Positions 58,729 through 64,000 of a stretch of 64,000 nt of DNA are shown piece after piece. Below the pieces are notes generated by a model. That model did no database searches. It had not been told where the DNA came from and saw only the letters and a program-made list of their open reading frames with translations. Within the stretch, counting starts at the first letter, position 1, and each line of letters begins with the position of its first letter. Origin of the DNA: an uncultured beta proteobacterium (GTDB lineage Bacteria > Pseudomonadota > Gammaproteobacteria > Burkholderiales > SG8-39); assembly GCA_963827595.1 (NCBI GenBank), contig CAWHBT010000016.1:172803-236802 (forward strand), given 5' to 3'. The translations under genes were made by a program, and so were the position numbers.

Positions 58729-59046
58729 TCAGGACGTCGGCTTGACGTGCATGTCGTTCTTGACGCTCCGGACGCCGGAGACCTTCTCGGCCGCGGTCAC
58801 GGCCTTCTGCGCCATTTCGGTGGAGTCGACGAAGCCGCTCAGCGACACCGTGCCCCGGAACGTCTGGACGTTGATCGCTGTCGACTTGACGCCGGGCTCC
58901 TGGATGAGCGCACTCTTGACGAGGGTCGTCAGCGTCGAGTCGTCTATGACTTCGCCGGTCATCCGGGTCTGGTTCGAGGCGCACCCGGCGCCCGCGAGGA
59001 GCGCGGCGGCGAGGACGGCACCGAGTAGCGAATTGAGCTTGCTCAT
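58729..59046 (-). CDS. BON-domain lipoprotein (OsmY-like)
   Basis: Lipobox LAGAGC. BON core DDSTLTTLVKSALIQEPGVKSTAINVQTFRGTVSLSGFV. Confidence 0.8.
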   Translation of the reverse strand: MSKLNSLLGAVLAAALLAGAGCASNQTRMTGEVIDDSTLTTLVKSALIQEPGVKSTAINVQTFRGTVSLSGFVDSTEMAQKAVTAAEKVSGVRSVKNDMHVKPTS

Positions 59047-59070
59047 GTTCGGTTCCTTTCTGTCAGTTCG

Positions 59071-59451
59071 TCAGCTCGCGCCGACGGTGAGCTTGTTGTC
59101 GACGTCCTTCACGCCCTCGATCCCGCGCGCGACCTGCGTAGCGCGCTGGACCTGGGCCTGGTCGGGCACCTTGCCGCTGAGCGTCACGTTGCCCTGGCTG
59201 GTGTCGACGTTGATGCGCATGCCGTCGACGCCCTTCTCGGCGAGCAGCGCCGCCTTCACCTTGGCGGTGATCCCGGCGTCATCGATGGTCTGGCCGGCGG
59301 TCCGGTCGGCCGCGGGGGGCGTCGGCGTTGCGGGCGCCGTTCGGGGCGACGGGGCAGTGGACACGCGATCGCCTGCGGGACGATCGCAGCCGGCGAGGCC
59401 GGTGAGCATCGCGAGGGCCGCTGCGGCGACAAGAGTGGTGGGAAACTTCAT
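59071..59451 (-). CDS. BON-domain lipoprotein (OsmY-like)
   Basis: SD AAGGAG. Lipobox LTGLAGC, a Pro/Ala linker, and BON core DDAGITAKVKAALLAEKGVDGMRINVDTSQGNVTLSGKV. Confidence 0.8.
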   Translation of the reverse strand: MKFPTTLVAAAALAMLTGLAGCDRPAGDRVSTAPSPRTAPATPTPPAADRTAGQTIDDAGITAKVKAALLAEKGVDGMRINVDTSQGNVTLSGKVPDQAQVQRATQVARGIEGVKDVDNKLTVGAS

Positions 59452-59493
59452 CTGAGGCTCCTTTCGTACGGATGAGTGATGCGACCGGAAAGG

Positions 59494-59509
59494 GGCAATC
59501 GCCATGCCC
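59494..59509 (-). promoter_or_regulatory. putative sigma54 promoter of the BON-BON-cls-sodB gene string
   Basis: Minus strand 5'-GGGCATGGCGATTGCC-3' (GG-N10-GC). The -12 GC is 44 nt before ATG 59451. Confidence 0.55.
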
Positions 59510-59552
59510 GGGTCGGGGCGGAGGGCCTGGAGGCACCGACCGTCCCACCCCG

Positions 59553-59582
59553 GTAACCCTTGCCGTCCGCTGCAGGATTTAC
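59553..59582. promoter_or_regulatory. paired candidate activator sites shared by divergent promoters
   Basis: GTAACCCTTGC (59553) and GCAGGATTTAC-CGCG (59572), centres 19 bp apart. They lie 50 and 69 bp from the 59508 GG (minus) and 95 and 76 bp from the 59653 GG (plus). Confidence 0.45.
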
Positions 59583-59651
59583 CGCGCTGCCGACCGGCTC
59601 TGGAGCGTGCCTTCCATAGTGTGGGCGACGCGGCGGCTCCACTACTGGACC

Positions 59652-59667
59652 GGGAACAGGTGTTGCT
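59652..59667 (+). promoter_or_regulatory. weaker sigma54-like promoter
   Basis: 5'-GGGAACAGGTGTTGCT-3' (GG-N10-GC, GGAAC instead of GGCAC, good TTGCT). The -12 GC is 61 nt before ATG 59727. Confidence 0.35.
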
Positions 59668-59726
59668 CGCGCTCAGCGGTCGCCACCGGCTTCCACGCGG
59701 CGACTTGGACTCCAGGAGGTTCGAAG

Positions 59727-60119
59727 ATGACGATGATCGCAACCAATGCTGCAGCCACGTCGGCGCTGCGCGAGCGCTTGTCGGCGCGCCTCGACGAGCT
59801 GCGAGCGAAGCTCGCCAGCGACCTCATTCCGCCGCCGGAGGCGACACTGGGCGTCATCGGCGGCGAGGTTCGCGACAGCGGGGACGAGTCGGTGGCGATC
59901 GAGCACACCCACGTCCGTACCGCGCTGATGCAGCGCGACGCGCGCGAGCTCGACGCCCTGCATGCGGCGCTGGTACGGCTCGACGGCGGCAGTTACGGGA
60001 TGTGCGACGAGTGCGGCCTGGAAATCGAGGCGGCCCGCCTGCGCGCGCTGCCGACGGCGCAGCGCTGCAGCGCCTGCCAGGAAGCGTTCGAGCACCGTTC
60101 GGCCCTCACGGGCCGTTAG
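59727..60119 (+). CDS. DksA/TraR-family C4 zinc-finger protein
   Basis: SD AGGAGG. C-terminal CDECGLEIEAARLRALPTAQRCSAC (CxxC-N17-CxxC) after a coiled-coil region. Confidence 0.8.
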   Translation: MTMIATNAAATSALRERLSARLDELRAKLASDLIPPPEATLGVIGGEVRDSGDESVAIEHTHVRTALMQRDARELDALHAALVRLDGGSYGMCDECGLEIEAARLRALPTAQRCSACQEAFEHRSALTGR

Positions 60120-60129
60120 CGGAACGGCG

Positions 60130-61179
60130 ATGGCGACGCGCTCCCTGAAGCCCCCCCACGGTGCAGGCGACAGCGGAGCGGCGCTCGCGCCGCGCGCAGC
60201 GACCGGTTTCGTCGCGCGCCTCGTGATCGTGGTCGCCGTCGCCGCGGCGGCGCTCGCGGTCTGGAAAGCGGCGGACGTGCTGCTCATGGCGTTCGGCGGT
60301 GTGCTGCTCGCGGTCGCGCTGCGGGCGCTCGCCGACCTGCTCGCGCGCCATACGCTCCTCCGGCCTCCCCTCGCGCTGCCGGCCGCCGTCGCGTTGGTCC
60401 TGCTCGTGCTCGGCGGACTGGGCTGGTGGATCGGCGACACGCTGGCGAGCCAGTTCGATCAGCTCCTGCGCCAGCTGCCGGCGGCCCTGGCAGGGCTGCG
60501 TGACTGGCTCGCCAAAACCGGACTCGGCCGCGCCCTACTCGGCTCGCTCGGCACGATCGATGCCGCGTCGGTGGCAAAGCTTTTCGGCGCGGCCCTCACG
60601 ACGCTCGGCGCGGTCGCAAACGTGCTCCTGATGCTTGTCCTCGGGATCTACCTCGCGGCGGACCCGGGGCTCTATCACCGCGGCTTCCTCCGGCTGCTGC
60701 CCGCGCGGCTCCGCCCCGAGGCGAGCGCCGCGATGTCGAGCGCGGCCGTGGCGCTGCGGAACTGGGTCGGCGGACAGCTTGCGGCGATGCTCGTGGTCGG
60801 CGTCGTCACCGGTGTCGGTCTGGCGCTGCTCGACGTGCCCCTCGCGCTCTCGCTCGCCACGATCGCCGGCCTGCTCGAGTTCATCCCGTTCTTCGGGCCG
60901 ATCCTCGCGGCGGTCCCGGCGATCCTCATCGCCTTCGGGCATGAGCCCGCGACCGCGTTGTACGTCGCACTCCTGTACCTGGGGATCCAGCACCTCGAGG
61001 GCTATGTGTTGATGCCGCTCGTGCAGCGCTGGGCGGTCGCGCTGCCGCCGGCGCTCGGGGCGTTGTCGGTGGTCGTGTTCGGCGTCCTGTTCGGCCTGCC
61101 GGGCGTGCTCTTCGGCGTGCCGCTCACGATCGTCGGAATGGTGCTGGTGCGCGAGTTGGCGCTCGAGCGCGAGCGCTGA
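60130..61179 (+). CDS. AI-2E family transporter (second copy)
   Basis: 349 aa, polytopic. LEFIPFFGPILAAVPAILIAF and LGIQHLEGYVLMPLV blocks are typical of UPF0118. Confidence 0.8.
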   Translation: MATRSLKPPHGAGDSGAALAPRAATGFVARLVIVVAVAAAALAVWKAADVLLMAFGGVLLAVALRALADLLARHTLLRPPLALPAAVALVLLVLGGLGWWIGDTLASQFDQLLRQLPAALAGLRDWLAKTGLGRALLGSLGTIDAASVAKLFGAALTTLGAVANVLLMLVLGIYLAADPGLYHRGFLRLLPARLRPEASAAMSSAAVALRNWVGGQLAAMLVVGVVTGVGLALLDVPLALSLATIAGLLEFIPFFGPILAAVPAILIAFGHEPATALYVALLYLGIQHLEGYVLMPLVQRWAVALPPALGALSVVVFGVLFGLPGVLFGVPLTIVGMVLVRELALERER

Positions 61180-61223
61180 GCGCCGCCCGCGGGCGCCAGA
61201 TGAGGGCCCGGATCGCGTCGCCC

Positions 61224-61239
61224 GGGCATGAAACCTGCG
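61224..61239 (+). promoter_or_regulatory. weaker sigma54-like promoter
   Basis: 5'-GGGCATGAAACCTGCG-3' (GG-N10-GC, -12 element CTGC). The -12 GC is 51 nt before ATG 61289. Confidence 0.35.
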
Positions 61240-61288
61240 GTTGGACGGACATCGCGGCGAGATCGCCGCCGGCCTTAAGGAGCGCACG

Positions 61289-62194
61289 ATGTCGCCCGAT
61301 GTCATGCTGCTGATCGTTCTGCTGCTGGTCCTCGCCGCCGCCCTGGACGTGGCGCGACGGCGCGAGCCGGTGCGCCTTGGGCTGCCCGCTGGCCCGCGGC
61401 TTGCCGCGATCGGCGCGGTGACGCTCGCGGTCGGCTGCGCGAGCGTCGAGACTACCGAGTCGGGCGTCGTCGGCGTGGACCGGACCCAGTCGATGTCGCC
61501 GCTGGTCAGCGAGGCCGAGTTCAACAAGGGCGCCGCGCAAGCCTATGCCCAGGTGCTGGCCGACGCCCGCGCCAAAGGCGTGCTCAACCGGGACCCGGCG
61601 CAGGTCGCGCGCGTCCGGACGATCGCACAGCGCATCATCCCCCAGACGAAGGTGTTCCGGCCCGACGCGCAGCAGTGGGCGTGGGAAGTGAATGTCCTCC
61701 AGGCGAAGGAAGTGAACGCCTGGTGCATGCCGGGCGGAAAGATCGCCGTCTACTCTGGGATCATCGAGCAGCTCCAGCTCACCGACGCCGAGCTGGCGGC
61801 AATCATGGGGCACGAGATCGCGCACGCGCTGCGCGAGCACGGCCGCGAGCGCGCCTCGCGCGCCGTGACCCAGGGCGTCGCGCTCAGCGTGATCGGCGCC
61901 GTGACCGGCGTCGGCCAGGGGACCGTCGACCTCGCGCAGGTCGCGCTCGAGGTCACGCTCAACCTCCCCAATTCGCGCGAGCACGAGGTCGAGGCCGACC
62001 GGATCGGCGTCGAGCTCGCCGCACGCGCCGGCTACGACCCGCGGGCGGCGGTGACGCTCTGGCAGAAGATGGACAAGCTCGCCGCCGGCGGTCCGCCGGC
62101 CTTTCTGTCGACGCACCCCTCGAGCGAGTCCCGCCAGCGGGATCTCGCGATCTACGCCGAGAAGGTGATGCCCCTCTACCAATCCAAGCGCTGA
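61289..62194 (+). CDS. M48-family zinc metalloprotease lipoprotein (YcaL/LoiP-like)
   Basis: SD AAGGAG. Lipobox LAVGC. HEIAH zinc motif (AAIMGHEIAHALREH), a downstream EHEVEADRIG, and STHPS near the C-terminus. Confidence 0.85.
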   Translation: MSPDVMLLIVLLLVLAAALDVARRREPVRLGLPAGPRLAAIGAVTLAVGCASVETTESGVVGVDRTQSMSPLVSEAEFNKGAAQAYAQVLADARAKGVLNRDPAQVARVRTIAQRIIPQTKVFRPDAQQWAWEVNVLQAKEVNAWCMPGGKIAVYSGIIEQLQLTDAELAAIMGHEIAHALREHGRERASRAVTQGVALSVIGAVTGVGQGTVDLAQVALEVTLNLPNSREHEVEADRIGVELAARAGYDPRAAVTLWQKMDKLAAGGPPAFLSTHPSSESRQRDLAIYAEKVMPLYQSKR

Positions 62195-62206
62195 CAGGAG
62201 ACCCCG

Positions 62207-62410
62207 ATGGCTAGGTATGGCCGGAAAGCGGCCGAGAAGGTCAGGCGGGCGATGCGCGAGCGCAAGCGCGGGACGCTCCGGAGCGGGCGCTCCGGCAAGC
62301 GGGTGACAAGCCGCAAGCAGGCGATCGCGATCGGCCTGTCGCAAGCACGGCGCGCGGGGGCCAAGGTGCCCCGCCAGCGGGCCGCGGCCGGGCGATCGCA
62401 GAGCCGCTGA
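62207..62410 (+). CDS. small basic protein, DUF6496-like
   Basis: SD AGGAG. 67 aa with the SRKQAIAIGLSQARRAGAKVP block characteristic of that family as I recall it. Confidence 0.55.
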   Translation: MARYGRKAAEKVRRAMRERKRGTLRSGRSGKRVTSRKQAIAIGLSQARRAGAKVPRQRAAAGRSQSR

Positions 62411-62458
62411 AGGAAGACCCGCCGCCAGGCGGGCCAACACTCTAAGGGAGCAGCAGAA

Positions 62459-62686
62459 ATGACACGACTGACAACGCTCGACCGCATCGCGCTCATCTTG
62501 CTGATCGTCGGTGGCATCAACTGGGGACTCGTCGGCGCCTTCGACGTCAATCTCGTCACCTTGCTCTTCGGCCCGCGTTCGCCACTCAGCCGGTTCATCT
62601 ACATCGCGGTCGGCGCCGCGGCGCTCTATGCGATCTACCGGCTAGCCCGGCCGGCGTCGCGGCGCTCGATGCGATCTACAAGCTAG
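62459..62686 (+). CDS. DUF378 membrane protein
   Basis: SD AAGGGAG. LDRIALILLIVGGINWGLVGAFDVNLV is the family signature. The C-terminus is altered by the 41-bp tandem duplication. Confidence 0.75.
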   Translation: MTRLTTLDRIALILLIVGGINWGLVGAFDVNLVTLLFGPRSPLSRFIYIAVGAAALYAIYRLARPASRRSMRSTS

Positions 62687-62699
62687 TCCGGCCGGCGCC
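62618..62699 (+). repeat. 41-bp tandem direct duplication
   Basis: GCGGCGCTCTATGCGATCTACCGGCTAGCCCGGCCGGCGTC (62618) is followed by GCGGCGCTCGATGCGATCTACAAGCTAGTCCGGCCGGCGCC (62659), with 5 mismatches. The period is not a multiple of 3, and the gene's stop lies in copy 2. Confidence 0.75.
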
Positions 62700-62714
62700 A
62701 CGGTCGGTTCGCGG

Positions 62715-63179
62715 TCAGCTCGACCGGAGCGGCTGCGCCGGAGCCAGCGGACCGGCCAGGCCGGCCACCACGGCGAGCAGGCGATCCGGATCGACCGGCT
62801 TCGCGAGATGCGCTTGATAGCCGGCGCGGAGGACGCGCGCGAGGTCGTCCGCCGTCGTACGCCCCGTCACCGCCGCGGCGGGGAGCTGCTGCGCGGTACC
62901 GCGCGGCATGCTCCGGATCGCCTGGATCAGCGCGTAGCCGTCGCCGCCCTGCATGCCGATGTCCGACAGCAGCACGGTGGGCCACCACCACGCCACGGTC
63001 GCCAGCGCCTCGGCCGTACTCGAGGCGGAGCGTACGTCGGCCGCGGCCGCGGCGAGGAGTGCCACGAGGAACTCGCGCTCGTCGGCCTCGTCTTCGACCA
63101 CAAGCACGCGAACCCCGCGCAGCTCGGTCCGGGGCCAGCGCTGGTCGGTCGGCGGTCGGGTAAGGTGGGTCGTTTTCAT
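62715..63179 (-). CDS. single-domain response regulator (CheY-like receiver)
   Basis: VRVLVVEDEADEREFL...VLLSDIGMQGGDG...HLAKP: acidic pocket, phospho-Asp and conserved Lys are all present. Confidence 0.8.
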   Translation of the reverse strand: MKTTHLTRPPTDQRWPRTELRGVRVLVVEDEADEREFLVALLAAAAADVRSASSTAEALATVAWWWPTVLLSDIGMQGGDGYALIQAIRSMPRGTAQQLPAAAVTGRTTADDLARVLRAGYQAHLAKPVDPDRLLAVVAGLAGPLAPAQPLRSS

Positions 63180-63210
63180 CGCTACGACGCCGAGTTCCTA
63201 ACCGTCTGCT

Positions 63211-63226
63211 AGCACTTGGCGTGCCC
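63211..63226 (-). promoter_or_regulatory. putative sigma54 promoter
   Basis: Minus strand 5'-GGGCACGCCAAGTGCT-3' (GG-N10-GC). The -12 GC is 33 nt before ATG 63179. Confidence 0.45.
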
Positions 63227-63328
63227 GGCCGCTGCGCGGTGAACCCGACCACGGGGCACGTAAATTCGCGCATGCGGGGAGGACGCGCAAAGTCGGCTAG
63301 ACTTTCCTCCGGCTGATAGGGGTAGCGG

Positions 63329-64000
63329 GTGCCGGACCAGTTGGGCGCAGGCGGCGGGCTGGAGGCGGTGGCGGCGCACTTCGCCGCCCGTCGCGAGGCG
63401 CTGCTGATGAGGTGGCGCGAAGCGGCGGATGCCGATCCGGAGTCGACCACCGCGTCGGTGCTGTCGCGCGCCCAGTTCTACGACCACATTCCAGAGGTTC
63501 TCGACGCATTCGTGCGCCGGCTGCGCGCGCGGCACTCGGGCGAGCGCAGCGCGGCCGCCGCCGAGCGGCGCGACGGCGCCGCGGGCCACGGCATGCACCG
63601 CTGGCAGCAGGGCTACCAGCAGCGCGAGGTCATGCGCGAATGGCGGCACCTGCAGCTCGCCCTCGTCGACGAGCTCGAGCGGTTCGCCCTCGCCCACCAC
63701 GAAGCCGACCGGGAGGCGCTGGCGTTGGCGCGCCGCGAGCTCGCCGAACTGTGCGCCGAGGGCGTGTGTGAGAGCGCCGACCAGTACGCGCGGCTGCAGC
63801 GGACGGAAGCGGCCGGACGGGTGCGGGACCTCGAGGGCGCGCTCGCGGATCTCGGCACCCTCGAGACGCGTCGCGCCGAGGCGTGGCGGGAGGCCGCGCA
63901 CGACCTCCGCGGCAGCTTCGGCGTCGTGAAAAACGCCGCGGCGGCGCTGAACCACACCAGCGCGAGCGAGGGCACCCGCGCGCACTCGCTTGCGACCCTG
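63329..64000 (+). CDS. sensor histidine kinase, 5' partial (RsbRD-N-like sensor domain plus HisKA; runs off the window)
   Basis: Not in the ORF track because there is no stop in the window. GTG 63329 is the first start after three in-frame stops. The frame reads ...LLMRWREAADADPESTTASVLSRAQFYDHIPEVLDAFVRRL...WRHLQL..., a coiled coil, then the H-box WREAAHDLRGSFGVV. Confidence 0.65.
   Translation, partial: MPDQLGAGGGLEAVAAHFAARREALLMRWREAADADPESTTASVLSRAQFYDHIPEVLDAFVRRLRARHSGERSAAAAERRDGAAGHGMHRWQQGYQQREVMREWRHLQLALVDELERFALAHHEADREALALARRELAELCAEGVCESADQYARLQRTEAAGRVRDLEGALADLGTLETRRAEAWREAAHDLRGSFGVVKNAAAALNHTSASEGTRAHSLATL

Noticed and set aside
63255-63275. GGGGCACGTAAATTCGC upstream of the terminal kinase gene, which looks like a sigma54 promoter.
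   Set aside because: The spacing is wrong: GGCAC-N5-TTCGC has one extra base, so the GC is 11 rather than 10 nt from the GG. I kept it only as a note, because 1-nt indels are frequent in this sequence.

Overview
This is a high-GC (~70%) proteobacterial chromosome segment. A Bug/TctC-type binding protein, the surE-pcm-nlpD-rpoS block and an RND efflux operon suggest a Burkholderiales-like beta-proteobacterium (inference). No rRNA, tRNA, CRISPR array, transposase or integrase was seen. The left ~33 kb holds ordinary housekeeping and metabolic genes: an acyl-CoA ligase, a TAXI-type binding protein, tesA/ybbA/ybbP, selU, an HDAC-like hydrolase, MoxR-DUF58-TgpA, mltB, a GNAT, surE-pcm-nlpD-rpoS, hutF, a small CoA-transferase/SDR/aldolase cluster, an RND tripartite pump, and a Bug binding protein with an IDH-family dehydrogenase. 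The right ~31 kb (33.0-64.0 kb) is different. It is packed with small general-stress-type genes: CsbD, DUF1328, ElaB/YqjD-YqjE-YqjK, two BON/OsmY, Fe-SOD, ferritin-like, DUF2383, DUF6496, DUF378, YflT-like, AI-2E permeases, an M48 protease and DksA/TraR. It also holds three sensor kinases, a single-domain response regulator, an NtrC-type sigma54 activator and an rpoN gene in a non-canonical context. Nearly every intergenic region there carries a well-placed, correctly oriented GG-N10-GC (-24/-12) sigma54-type promoter. I found about 20, nine of them exact GGCAC-N5-TTGC. Many are preceded by paired GTAAC-N2-yTAC(C)GCG motifs about 20 bp apart. I read this as a previously undescribed sigma54-wired general-stress regulon or island (inference). 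Separately, several conserved genes carry single-nucleotide frameshifts: rpoS, an HpcH aldolase, the RND outer-membrane factor (two compensating shifts), sodB, possibly cls, and a decayed antiporter. These are either assembly indel errors or real pseudogenisation. Most long ORFs in the six-frame track that lie antisense to these genes are high-GC artefacts.
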